From Marsupella aquatica (Eukaryota > Plantae > Marchantiophyta): a stretch of 64,000 nucleotides of DNA. Position numbers and translations under genes: made by a program. Of the stretch, positions 51,840 to 64,000 are shown piece after piece (positions within the stretch are counted from its first letter, which is position 1; each line of letters opens with the position of its first letter). The notes under the pieces are model-generated. The model searched no databases, was not told the origin of the DNA, and saw only the letters and a list, made by a program, of their open reading frames with translations. Location: positions 14,104,645-14,168,644 of the forward strand of contig OZ316893.1 of NCBI GenBank assembly GCA_973895155.1, in the 5' to 3' direction.

Positions 51840-52800
51840 TCGCTACCATGGACTTGACACTTGGAGAATTATTGTACAGACACAATTCTACATTATTGTA
51901 ATAGGGGTGTAAACACTAAATTTTGGCCACCATGGACTTGACACTGTGACAGTCCAGACTAGTTACGGTAAATACTGCATTTTTGGTGGTGGGTCTTTGG
52001 GGTGGAGATATAGATTACACGTTCTGGCCACCATGGACTTGAACTGCGTGTTATGTTAAATCTATGTTAAGTTAGTGCGCTTTAAATTAATGCACGTTAA
52101 GTTAATGCGCACAATATACTTGAACATAAACAAATACATTATATGATCTACAAACCAAGTGATTTGAATTCATGTATCTTGGTTTATGTTTTGGTTATAT
52201 TGCCCACATAGGTTTAATGCATTGTCCATGACATTTTGAGAATCATTGTATGGACCATTAGACATTATACTGATAGGGGTGTAAACAATCATTTTGTGCC
52301 ACCATGGACTTGACATTGTGACAGTGGTTGCATGGACCACTAGACATTCTCTTACCTGATGGGAATGTAAACAAGACATAGAGTTTGACACTTTGACAGT
52401 CATAGTACTGTTTGTTAGAATTTGTTTTAGGTGATGGGGGTGTAAACAATAGATATTTTCCCATGGACTTGACAATGTGAAAGTTGTTGCATGAACCATT
52501 AGACATTCTCTTACCTGATGCCAATCTAAACAAGACATTTTTAACACTATAGCCTGACACTATGCCAGTCAGGTAGAGATTGTTAGAAATTATTTTACTT
52601 GTGGTGTAAATAGGACACCATGGACTCCATACTTTGACCACCATAGTAACTACAATTAGATATTTAATTAGTGGGGCTATAAACCAAGACAGTTTTGTCA
52701 CCATGGATTTGACACTTTGATAGTCATACTCCAGACAATTAGATATCTACTTAGTGGGGGTGTAAACAAGGCAGTTTTGTCGCCATGAACGTGACACAAT
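51840..52800. repeat. Degenerate repeat array with CCATGGACTTGACAC and GGGGTGTAAACA cores
   Basis: The core recurs at ~51846, 51930, 52031, 52301, 52460, 52618, 52701 and 52782, within higher-order units of ~80-160 bp. Confidence 0.75.
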
Positions 52801-55008
52801 GACAGACAATTATACCTTTTTGCCCTATAACGACACCCAAAAAGTACATTGTAAGGAATAGCAAGTCTAGCACCTGAGGTGGAAGATCACACCGTTCAAA
52901 CTTGCTGGCGTCGTACCCAACCGGTCAATTGCCAAGCCCACCGTTTTACCAACGATCATCAGTTTTTACACCCCGTACTGTCACAGGCTCAATAGAATTA
53001 CAGTTTACTACCATCTGTCAACGTGTAAGCAGGGCAAGGAATGCAGGGTATCCAACCCTGAAGGACCAGACTCGCGCTTCCACGTGTCCGAGTCAGAAGA
53101 ATTTTCCACAATTGCGGCTCTCAAAAGAAGAGGGAACGAAAGGCCAAGACCCCCTGGAAACGGGCACTGGATATCGTTGATATCTGGAGGTCCTTGGTCA
53201 GAAACCATCTTTACAGGCTCTGATAAGAGTGAGTCAGTAAAACCGCGTGACGTACTCTAGATCTTGTGTGAACCTTTAATTATATGATATTATTTAATTA
53301 GGCGGCCACGTACATCCTACCGAGCCTCGTAGGGTCGGCAGGCAGTACCTTAGACCTTTGTCCTCTTGTTAGCTTGTCTCAGGATCTAGGAGCAGAATTT
53401 TAGTGTGGGACCACAGAGTCAAACAGGGTTGGGGGGGACTTCACAAGAGCTGGGGACACAATTCTGTGTCTAGATTACCCAAAATGTGTAAGCTATGGAG
53501 AAAATAAATGCAATATCCTAGACATGTACCCAGGTACATTTTTTACTAAAAGGGACTTTACAAGAATGATAGGAAGGACACTTTTTTCATTCTAGCCTTT
53601 AGTTTAGGTGAAAGGTCTTCTTGACTGTAGAAGACTTTAAGTGGCCCATTCATCTCTGGTTTTCAACAGCCTACATGGCTATTGGTGGGTCTCCCAATCA
53701 GTAGAATTGAGTCATGACGTGTACACTATTTTTGTGCCCAAAGCATAGACCCAAGAGGTGGCGTAAACTTTTGTCCCCCGACCTCTTGGAATTGCATTCC
53801 CCACACATGCTCCTCCTTTCATCTCAGCCCTATATTTTAGGTTGAACATGGCCAGCTAGACCTGGTATTGGAAAAGTCACTCACTCTGTGGGCTCTTTCT
53901 TGTAAAGTGCCCCTAAGTTTTTAATATAAAAGCATGGACACATCAGCAAAGACGGACCCACAAGGGGCTCTCGAGGAAATGACTAGGATAGGGAAATGGT
54001 GTTGCAAGATTGTGTACTCAAGTTCATGTAAAGTGAAATCTGGCCTGTTATGGCATTTAACTGGCTAGGACAGGTTTGAAATTTTAAGGGTGAATAGAGT
54101 AATACTGAAGCAGCTTCTGGGAAACTTAACTTGTCAAGTAAACTGATGAAATCTAAATACTCACTTATGACAATGAAAGGTGTTCAGGCATGTATGATGC
54201 AGATCATTAGATTTAAAAAGTGTTTGGTGACCTAGGACTCAATGGAATAAGGAAGATAACAAATGCAATCCAAAAAATCTCATAATTTCCCATTGTACCG
54301 ATAATCAAGTCAATAAAGAAAAGCGTAGACTTCATATCTTGGTGTTGTTTCGCTTCCCTTAGTGGTGGTTGATGGCTGGGTTCCATGGCGTGTTGGCAGC
54401 ATCCGGGCCACTCCTTTTCAGCTGCTTCCTCTCTTTCTATCTGCAATATTTTTAAAAAGGTATGTGAGTTCTTTGTCAAAGAACGCTGAAGAAAAGTCTC
54501 CTCTAGGTTTTCTATTGCTCGGTTATGACTTCCAATATATCTGTGGAAATATTACAACCATATAATATTCCCAACTACATAATACAGAATTGTATTTTCA
54601 GATCCCACTACTACAACTTCACGGGCCACTTCATTTTCTGCAATCAACATATAACTAGACTTGATTGTAAAAAAACAGGTAGTCAGTCTGGCCTGCAGCC
54701 ACTCCTCCTCCTCCTGAGAATAGGCATACAAGATTACTAAGGGAGAAAGAAATGCTGGCAACTGAAAGAGTCCTCTTGATGAGCCTTGGTCCTTGACAAT
54801 TACTCTAATTCTCCCCCCTGAATTGGTGTATGCTATGTCCTTATCTTAGTTATATATATGGCAGGAGGGGGCACATTACTGCAAATTCACCTGAATGGAA
54901 TCCCTTCTAGAAGGTTAAGTGCACAATTATACTCAGGCACATGAGTTAACCTGCCACTTGCAGGCTGGATAGGTTAGGAAATTACCTGTTGACTCATCTG
55001 ATACACTA

Positions 55009-55966
55009 CATTGTCCACCTTAAATAGTGTGAGTATATACTTTTTAAGTAGTGTGTCGCCAAAACCAGAGTGACTCACACTTTATGCATGACCATGTTTT
55101 TAGCCCAAATCACAATAATTAAGTATGTCAAGTGACACAATTAAATATTTTGTATTGAGAGTTTGCATGATTCTCTTTTGGGGGTTTCATTTCCACAAAA
55201 ATGATATGTCACGTGTGACAAAGAATAAGGTAGTTTTATTGGTTCTAAAAGAAAACTTAAGAATTTTCTCAGAAAAATAATAGTGTATTTTAAATCCAAT
55301 TTTGAGACTTATAAAAGCATTAGAATCATTTTAATCAAAATTTTCAAGAATATTTTAACTGTATAGGGGTTAATTCAATTTTTTTTAATCTTACATTTTA
55401 GGGTGTCAGAGACAAAAAAAAAAACATCGCAGGTCATGGGGAGGTCTCTATATAGTGACCCCTGAGTATTGTATGTGTGCAATATCTTAGGAGCCTCACT
55501 CCAAGGGAAATTTGGAGTGAGGTCCCATATCATGCGCAAAGTTTTCAAGTGATAAACACCCTAAAACTTAAATAGAATAAATTGCAATGTTTATAATTTT
55601 TTAACCCCTAACTTTGTAAAATATTCTCAAATTTTGAATTAAAAATACCCTATGGTTTTTATAATTCTCAAATTGGATGAAAGTCACACCCCTATTTTTT
55701 CAACAAAAATCTTAAAGTCTTCCACCCAATTGAGTTAAAAAAAAACCTAATTTCTTTGTGCATGATCCGTGGGAAGAAAAGAAGTGAGGACCCCAGGTGC
55801 AATATTCAAGGTGACCTCAAATAGTGAGACCAAAAATGTGACTTATTTTGAACTCTAATTAGTGTGACATCTAAAATAACTTGACTCACACTATTTTATG
55901 TGAGGCCTAAAATTGAAAGGGCACCACAGTTAGTGTGACTAACACAAATTGCCACAATGGACATTG
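55009..55966. mobile_element. CA(C/T)TG-terminus, TA-flanked non-autonomous element containing nested MITEs
   Basis: TA|CATTGTCCA... and ...TGGACATTG|TA. Subterminal TAGTGTGA(C/G)T.ACAC motifs are shared with the element at 14691-15167. Confidence 0.55.
55486..55797. mobile_element. MITE of the 8-bp TSD family (homologue of 4476-4731)
   Basis: Perfect TSD TGCAATAT (55478-55485 and 55798-55805). Termini CTTAGGAGCCTCACT and AGTGAGGACCCCAGG. Shared internal motifs include CCCATATCAYGCGCAAA, AAACACCCTAAAA and GAAGAAAAGAAGTGAGGA. Confidence 0.82.
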
Positions 55967-56816
55967 TAGTTTATTGCCTACTGTAAACCTGAAAGCTCTT
56001 GTCGGTGAGTCTGTTAAGGTGGTGCACTGATGACTACTTTACTTTGGCTAGGAGTTTTGGCCCGCTGTGTGTCCATTCTGCCCCCGCCTACCTCCCACCA
56101 ATTGTTCTCTGTCTGAGCTACTTTGGCCTCTTTGACCCTTCTGGAGGTGTATTATGCTGACATTTAGCTTAGCTCTTCTACTTCTTAGCTAGGTTGTCTT
56201 TGTAACCTGCATGGAGAGTCCTACTAGAGCCTGCTGGTTTCCTTCATCAGTGGGGTTCACTAAAAAAAAACTTTAAAAAGGTAGTCAACTATCAGTATAT
56301 AACAACCTAGGGGTCTAAAGGGAAATTTTGAAAGTGTGAGGTCTATCAAGGTAAGAGTTGCCACATGGGGCATGGACCCAAGCTTGTGTTTCTACTTGTG
56401 TCTATGGGGCAGTGTCTTTAAGTTAAGTGACAAAGGTCGGCTACATTCCACCTCTCTAAAAAGTATTCACTATTTGGATGAAAATTTTAGAATTACCCAA
56501 TTAGCCAGAATGGAATGGTTATCCTTAAAAATATAGGGAATCTGATGGTCATAATGTGATCTAGAAGTATTAGATAAGAAATACTCTTGGCATCTTCTCT
56601 CTCACACAAGGTGACATTGGCTGGACTAGCAAAATGAAAAAAACTTTTGAAACTACGCTGCCATGGGGCCATCTCTTTTCGGCCTTTGTGATTACAAGGC
56701 CTTTTCTTGTATAAGTGAGTGATTGGCAAAAATGGGAAAAAAACCTTGAAAATGAAGCTCCCACGGAGCCCATTTTTTATCACCTCTGTGCCTAAAGAGC
56801 CTTTCTTAGGAATCAG

Positions 56817-59042
56817 GAGGGATGTGCTTAATAGACTCCCTCATGGAGATAGTTTGCTTGATCGGCCCCCTGGAAACATTTTTGCCCCAATCGACCCCCT
56901 CTTTATGGTCCGTACCCTTTTCTACGGACCCCACTAGACGTCCCTTCCAAAATTCCTGGCACCACAGCGTGCCACGTCAACAACAACCGCAACAAACAAG
57001 ACTCGTCGGTTTTGTGAATCAAACTTATAGTTTTCATTCGTGTTTGTGTCAATTTGGGTGTAAATTTTGGGATGCCGTGCCGTAAAAAGAAAAGTAAAAA
57101 CATTGGAAATGCAAAGAGGAAGACGGTTAAAATTGTCACTATGTAACCGTTTTAGTTACATTTCCAATTTTAAAACTTAAATTCAAAGATTTATAAAAAA
57201 TATTTTTCATATAATAAATAATGACTAATAACTAACTTGATAACTTCCTTGTTAAACCGCAACTCCCGGTATGTAAGGACCTCTCGTATTGTACGGCCAT
57301 TAATGTTGGGAAGAGCACATAGAAACCCAGGATCGGGGAGGAGGAATGGCTGGAATCTTGAAAGTTCATCAAATTTTATACTCAAAACTATTTACTCATT
57401 CTCAAAACAAAAAATACCCAGTCATAGATCTCATTGAGATCTTTCTTTTGCACCCTAGATCGCCTTCTAACATGGATGAATAAGATTTCTAGAGGCATTA
57501 CAAAATGGACGGCAAAGATCGTAAAATCAACAAAAAATTGACGGCTAGAAAGGCTTGGATTTGTTTAATTTTTCATTTGAAAAATATTAACCCATTTTCA
57601 AAACGGACAGAACCCATCCATAGATCTATTTGAGATCTTTCTTTTGAGTCATAGATTGGCCATTATGATGGACGAATGAGATTTTTGGAGATAAGAAATG
57701 GAGACGGCTCAGATCAATTCCCCCTGATTTTATTAGCCAAGGGGTCCACGAACTAATTCTTCTAATAATTCTTACAAATTGAGTTTATGCCTTACAAAGA
57801 CCAAACTGGGTCACTTGTCACTATAGCCATTTTAACCACGAACCATGCTCAAAATCACAGTGACCAAGCATTGTCAAGCCGCAACCGTTCCCGGGCCACA
57901 AACTGAACTGCAGGCCCTGAACGTTTGCACCGCATGTACATTGACAGTAGGATTATTCTCATGCAAAGACATTGACATTAATGTCTTCACTTTATAATTA
58001 AACATCATTCCGTGTTTTTCTGATATCCTCCCATTCCGTCTCTTTCGTCCACACCCGAACTGTGACAACTTCTCCACGGCTTGTCATGAGGGGCATGGTT
58101 CACATGTACAACGTACTGAAGTGAGGTTCTAGGAATGGGAGGATATATAAAAAAAATTCCCTTAACCCTAAACACCCTGTCATATGGAGAGCTAGTTTTT
58201 ATAATTTAATAGGTAATGTCCGATCATGATTCAGTCATGGTTGATATGAATGCACTCAGCAAAAACCAGGGCTATAAACTAGTAAGACAATCAAATGAAA
58301 GGGAAACAGCCCTTGGAAGAGTAAGTAATAACTAGATCTTACATTACAAAACCAGCAAGTGAAATGTTAATGGGGGACCAGTATCTATCGATAATTGCAA
58401 ATTGAATTTAGATGGGAAGTCAATGCTAAGTGTGGTGGGAGAACAATGTCCACAATGTCTTCCCAATTGCATTCATATCAACCATGATTGAATCATGATT
58501 GGACATTACCAATTAAATTATAGAAACTCTCCATATGAAAGGGTATTTAGGGTTTAGGGCATTTTTTTGATATCCTCCCATTCCTTAAACCTCACTTTAG
58601 TTGTACATGTCAACCATGCCCCTCGTGACAAGCCGCGGAGATGTCGTCACCGTTCCAGCATGGACGAAAAAGACGGAATGGGAGGATATAAAAAAATGCA
58701 GAATGACGTTTACAAAGTGATGACATTCATGTCAATGTCTTCGAATGAGAATAACCCTAATGTCAATGTACATGCGGTGCAAACATTCAACGCCTACAGT
58801 TCAGTTCGTGGCCCGGGACTTGACAATACTCGAGCAGTGTGATTTTTAGCATGGTTGGTGGTTTGAATGGCTACACTTACAAGTGACCCAGTTTGGTCTT
58901 TGTAAGGCAGAAACTCACTTTATAAGAACTTTTAGAAAAACAAAGGATAAGGATCATAAAGAGGGGGTAAATTGGGGCAAAAATGTTTCAGGGGCTGATA
59001 AGCAAATTATGTCCAAGAGGGGGTCTATTAAGGATATCCCTC
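56817..59042. mobile_element. Non-autonomous MULE (2.2 kb) with ~90-bp TIRs and an internal foldback
   Basis: GAGGGATGTGCTTAATAGACTCCCTC...TTTTGCCCCAATCGACCCCCTCTTTATG mirrors CATAAAGAGGGGGTAAATTGGGGCAAAAATG...GTCTATTAAGGATATCCCTC. TSD TAGGAATCAG (56807-56816) and TAGGAATCGG (59043-59052). Confidence 0.87.
57760..58937. repeat. Long inverted repeat (~480-bp arms, ~210-bp spacer)
   Basis: 57760-58255 is the reverse complement of 58468-58937. Examples: TGCCTTACAAAGACCAAACTGGGTCACTTGT vs ACAAGTGACCCAGTTTGGTCTTTGTAAGGCA, and CATGGTTGATATGAATGCA vs TGCATTCATATCAACCATG. Confidence 0.9.
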
Positions 59043-60925
59043 TAGGAATCGGTGACTCGACAGCAATACAAATTGCTTGCTCCCCACCGGCCACCCCACC
59101 GAAGTCCTTGGATTCGAGCTTTCGTCCTTGTGCCTGTGATAGTGTGATTGTACAGCAATACAAATTGCTTGCTTCCCCACCGGCCACCCCAGCAAAGTCA
59201 TTGGATACGAGCTTTTGTCCTTGTGCCAAATGTCTACAGCTTACAAAGCATGGGACAAATCAAATCATCGGTTCGTTTGGTCATGACTGTGTCTGCTAAA
59301 TCGAGGACTATAACATAACTGACGGGACGGCAATGCGACCTGGTAGTAAGGCAGTTGGCTGTTATCAGGTCCTTCCAAAGAGAAAGTGTAAAAGCAGGTC
59401 TAGCAGTCTAGCCAGTCTCCACAAATCAGTGACTCCACCGGCCGTGCTGACGAACAAGCTCTAGTACAGTACATTGTCGCTAAATTTGGTACTTGAAGTG
59501 AACTCGTGTCGGGATAAGAGCCCTTCTGCCCGCATGACGGACTATCGAACGAGACTGCGACGGCGGAGCCCGTCTCTACGCTAGTCCCTTCTATACTTGC
59601 TTTCTAGCAGTGTCTACAGTAGTAGAAGGTGAAACTTGAATCTCAAACTGTCAGTCTGGAGCAGTCAAGTCAATTGCTATACTCAACAGTGCTCTCGAGG
59701 ACAAAATAATCGTAGTGCAACGAAACCTAGATGGTGAATTTGGATCTCAACGTGTAGCAAGCTGAATTGCTCTACTCTAGCTTGTAACCATGCTTTGGAG
59801 GACAGGAGGAGCAAAGTAATCGGAGTTCACCGAAGCCTATGAGGTTATTTGGCTCTAAAGTACACTGTAGCAATAGCTGTAGCATGAGTACAATAGACAG
59901 CCATGGATAGAATGTTCGCTAGCTGACGGCGCAACCCTGCTGTACTTTCTATGTGGAGCTAGACCACCAAGGAGAAAACAGAACCCGATAGAAGGTCATC
60001 TGCATCAAAAGCTTGCTGCACCAATGACGTTGAGGTACAGCGACTGTGGCGACTGTAGCGACTGTAGCTGCTTTGCTACATGCATTGAGAATTTGCTAGC
60101 TGGAAAGTGGAAAGTGTCTTGTGAAATGAGGATCGCAGGTGTCTACACGAGACGAGGCTGCCAGTGCCGTGCTCACACCTAGCGAGGAACTTACGTAATC
60201 CTTCTCCACAATTGTCTCATAGCCACTGAGCCACAGATTCATATTACATGATTACACCCCTCTTGCCAATAAAGGGCCCTCCGCCGCATCCAAGATATTC
60301 AGGTTGATGCTACTGTAAATGTTACTGGAGTACTCTCTCCACACTTTCCAAAGGTTGACTGTTCTTTGCAAACTCTTATATAATATTTCCCTGGGGTCCA
60401 TACTACTATAACTCATTGACAATAACGGGCCATTCCCGTTTCAATTGATAAGAGACTTACCTCCAATTTGTCAAAATATTATATTTTGTGTGTAAAAGGC
60501 TGGAGTTCGCCTTCCACCTCAATTAAGTGATAAGACACTGGCCTCCTAAGTGTTGCATTTTGTGTGTAGAAGATGTGGGTTTACCCACAATTTGGTACTA
60601 AGTTGTTGGTCTCCAATTAGTCAAAGTGTTGTATTTTGTGTGCAAATGTTGGAAGTTTGCCTGCCTGCCTGTTTCAATTTAGGTGATAAGTTTTCTAAGT
60701 GTTAAGTATTTTGTGTGCAAGGATGGGAGTTTGTACAAGAGGTGGTAGACCGAGTAATCTTGAACTAGGATCCTCACTTTATGCAATGAAGGCTGATCGG
60801 GAGGCTGATACCACATTGATACCACTGGACGACACTTGCACGGTTGGCTAGACCAACCTTTTACTTGTGTGGATTAGTGCAGCATAGTTAGCATTTGGAA
60901 ATCTGAAGACATACACCCTCATGTC

Positions 60926-61261
60926 TGTTGAGTATTGCTCTTAGTCTTGTGACTCTAGAGCTAACCGTAGTTAGGCTAACTCAGGTTAGGACTTAGCTTA
61001 GGTTAGGCTAACTCAGGTTAGGACTTAGCTTCCCGCTTAGCTTAGGTTAGCAGTGATGCATGCTATATATAACCAAGACTGATGTCAGTCCCTGGTGGAT
61101 CTTCAGTTCATTGTTGGAGTTGGGCAAGAGAGAAGTAAAGGTCTCTTGTTTTCCCATGGACGTAGCCTCGGTCATGAGGTGAACCACGTACTCGCTGTGT
61201 CGACTACTTTGTATGGTGTTCACATGTGCATGGTGTCTCGGGATAAGGATTATCCCCAACA
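60926..61261 (+). mobile_element. 5' LTR of a Ty1/Copia-type retrotransposon
   Basis: TGTTGAG...CCCCAACA termini, an internal TATATATAA box and a GTTAGGCTAACTCAGGTTAGGACTTAGC duplication. A primer-binding site follows immediately. No gag/pol is recognisable downstream in the window. Confidence 0.85.
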
Positions 61262-61263
61262 AG

Positions 61264-61275
61264 TGGTATCAGAGC
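61264..61275 (+). promoter_or_regulatory. Retrotransposon primer-binding site complementary to initiator tRNA-Met 3' end
   Basis: TGGTATCAGAGC, 2 nt after the LTR terminus ...CAACA. Confidence 0.9.
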
Positions 61276-61950
61276 ATGTTTGGGAGGTGACACTGTGGTG
61301 ACAAGAATTTCTTGTGTAGTTGACGGTTTGAAGATCCCGGGAGTTTTCGTCGCATGAAACTTGTTGGTGGTGGGCTCATCGGATAGATCGTTGAGAGGGC
61401 TTTCTAACGGCGGTTAGAAATCATCGATCGGATTTCTAAGTGAGGAGTAATCGCAAAAAACATTTTTCTGTGGAGTTTCGTGTTCGACGGTATTTTTTGT
61501 GAGAGAGACCAGAGTTCGTATTTGCAACGGTGTGAGATGTGCGGTGCACAAGGCGTCGCATGTTATAGCTCAAGTTGTAGGTTGAAGCAAGCTGGTCGTT
61601 TCGGTACCTGGTTTGCTGGCGTTTGCAGTGCGAGTGCGACGTGACGAGTAGGAGTTGAGTTCTGGTTTTTTTACAAGCTATGGTGCTTGTTTCTCCCTGA
61701 ACCGGGTTACTTGTCGCGACGTCTGACTCGAAGGAAGAAACGCGAAGTGCTACGGATCAACGGAGAGATTGTGACAAAGCGGTCGTTTTGAGTCCAAGAT
61801 TGGCACTTGACGCGGAGAGAGTGTGACATGGCAGAAGTTTTTCCTCTGCTAGAGCTGCAGACTGTGCCGGAGCAATTCGGCCACATTTCCTGTCGGCGGT
61901 CATCTTTTTTCTCGTGCTAAGTAGCGGCCATTAAGGTGTATAGTTTGCTA

Positions 61951-63860
61951 TGAAGAACCAAAAACACACTTAAAGGTCTTCAAACTCGGTATTCGTTCCC
62001 GTAAAGAACAAGATGGGGTTGGTTTGATAGATTTAAACAATAATAAAGAACTAAAAATGTTTTTTCACACATAGTAATCAAGTTTGATTCTTTAATGAGG
62101 TATTTTGAAGATCGCTCCACAGCGGTGAGTAGTTTTCAATGATAACTCAGCATCAGGTAACCATAAATTAATGAAAAGGGAATGATTAACAAAACACAAG
62201 AGAAAATAATCTCAAAGTACGCTAAGGGAGTCTGGAATAGACCAAGGTTACTCCTTAGATATAAGTCAAAATGAAAAGTCTTAAGGATTCAAATCCATAT
62301 TGCTTTTCAGGTCTAAAATGCTTACTAGAGTACCTTTTTAAAATGTCGTCAACATGTCTTATCCTTTCTTTCTAAGTGGTACTCAGACAAGATCTAAAAG
62401 AGTGACTACTTCAACATTTAGATGGTACTAAGCAACATGAAAGAAAATCCATCAATTTCAATAAGACTTAAACTCAATGAGTTAACTTTAAGAACTCAAG
62501 AGATTGCAATGAGTCACCAAAGAGGAATCTGTCATCACATCTCATAAGATTTACACAATTGGAATTTTACTTCCCATGATTTATTCGAAGGATTAAACCA
62601 CAAGGAGGAAAGTTTTCCCCTGGTGTCAAGCTTGATCTCGAACTCTTAACATTCATGATCAACTGGCAGAACACCAAGAAAAGGCAAAAATTGCTAAACT
62701 TTACCATCATCTACACTAGTGGTAGAGCTATCTTGTAGTCAAAATCTACAAAGTGAGAGGTCACAGGGTCGAAGAGACATGCCTCTTCATACCCTTCAAA
62801 AAGTTAAAATGATGATTCAGTAAGTGAAAAGCCGAAAATCTGGCTAAGTATGAACTCGTAAACTAGTAAAAGTTGTGAACTAGTAAACTCTTAAACTCGT
62901 AAAAGTCTAACTAAGTTGTAACTCGTAATTGCAACAGAAGTAAAAATTTGGCAAATTCAACTATTTTTAACTTCTTACTCGTAGCTCAAAAAAGCCTCAA
63001 ATTTTGCCAGAAGGCTTTCCTAAGTACAGACTACATGCTAAAGAAGTATGACAGCTTTTAAAGCTCTAGAACATATTTCTAAAAATTGGACAAGATGCAC
63101 TACTCTAAACGAACTAGAAACACTTAGGACTTCTGCCTTAGTCTCGGTGTTGAATGTCGTTGATTTCGAGAAGTTCCACAAAAGCGACAGTGCCTGATTG
63201 GACAACCTCCATGAGCTCAGCCTGTCGTGGTGAACCTCGAGAATAGGGCAAACATCTCAGTTGTCTATCTGGATACATCACAGGCATTCTCCTCATCAAA
63301 TAACAAGAGTCTATTCGGAGTGCTTCCCTATAAATTCCAATCACATCATAGTTATTACAGGTAGCAGCATATACTTGGGGATAATGGTATAGGAAGTCAT
63401 CAGAGTTCAGCATCCTGGAATAGAAAGGGTGAAGCCTCCATTGGACATCTCTGAAATATCGGTTGAAGCTGGCCAGAGTTTGAGAGGTAAGGTGGAAGAG
63501 AAGTCAGTAATGAGCGCCTATGTCTTGCATTCCTTCCCTTTCAAGGTGAGCTCTTCATCCGTTGTGGAGTCCCGTTGAACTAGTCGTAAGATGTCACGAT
63601 CACAGGGTCGCCAACTCTTAAGGCGTAACTCGTAAACTTGTAAAGCAGTGAACTAGTAAACTCGTAAACTAAGTTTACTCGTAACTTAGGAACTTAGTAA
63701 CTTTGAATGTTGTTTCAGTTACAGTTAGCAATAATTGCAGTCTAAACACCGTAAAAAATTTAAAAATTTTCAGTTTCTTCATGCTTTTGGAATTACCCAC
63801 TACTTACAAGGTGAGTAATCGACATTCTTCACTTTAGGGTCTTTTGTTTTTTGGTTTTAA
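61951..63860. mobile_element. Probable large LTR-like retroelement segment interrupting the Copia leader
   Basis: Abrupt change in composition at TGAAGAACCAAAAAC, a loosely inverted end GTTTTTTGGTTTTAA, and internal AACT(C/A)GTAAA repeat clusters (62853-62930 and 63628-63700). No TSD found. Confidence 0.35.
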
Positions 63861-64000
63861 GGTGGTCTAAGGGGCCTTGTGTGTGTATACACACACCCGA
63901 CCCTTGCCCTACCCTCCCTCTCCCGCCTACCCCCTCCCGCCTTTCGTGTACAAGCTACCGCGGCTGCCGCACGCAACGTCAGCCGACGGGTTCCTCGCCG

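Noticed and set aside
51840-52800. CCATGGACTTGACAC repeats with variable gaps (CRISPR-like)
   Set aside because: Spacing is irregular and the gaps are homologous to each other. This is a decayed higher-order tandem or subterminal repeat.
58540-58560. TTTAGGG telomere-like motif
   Set aside because: Only two units, within a transposon arm. Not an interstitial telomeric array.

Overview
Eukaryotic nuclear DNA with GT-AG introns and many transposons. It looks like a land plant, probably a non-seed plant, but that is inference only. Three host genes are supported: a 13-exon alpha/beta-hydrolase (23853-27845, +), an intronless SNF2/Fun30-SMARCAD1 (CHR19/ETL1-type) chromatin remodeller (34494-37151, +), and a multi-exon plant Tweety-like membrane protein (46937-50600, -). 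The rest is mostly transposon-derived. It includes a 7.6-kb Mutator (MULE) element with TIRs and a 10-bp TSD (6782-14372), a 4.9-kb PIF/Harbinger element (40107-44984), a non-autonomous MULE with a large internal foldback, several MITEs, a TSD-flanked retroposed insert, Copia-type LTRs and tandem repeats. The most unusual signal is the MULE's cargo. Opposite its MuDRA-type transposase it carries decayed coding sequence for a Bles03/C11orf68 (DUF1917, eIF4E-like fold) domain followed by an RPA70 C-terminal-like Zn-OB-fold domain. I do not know this accessory module from described Mutator elements. All protein-family calls come from manual motif recognition; no database searches were run.
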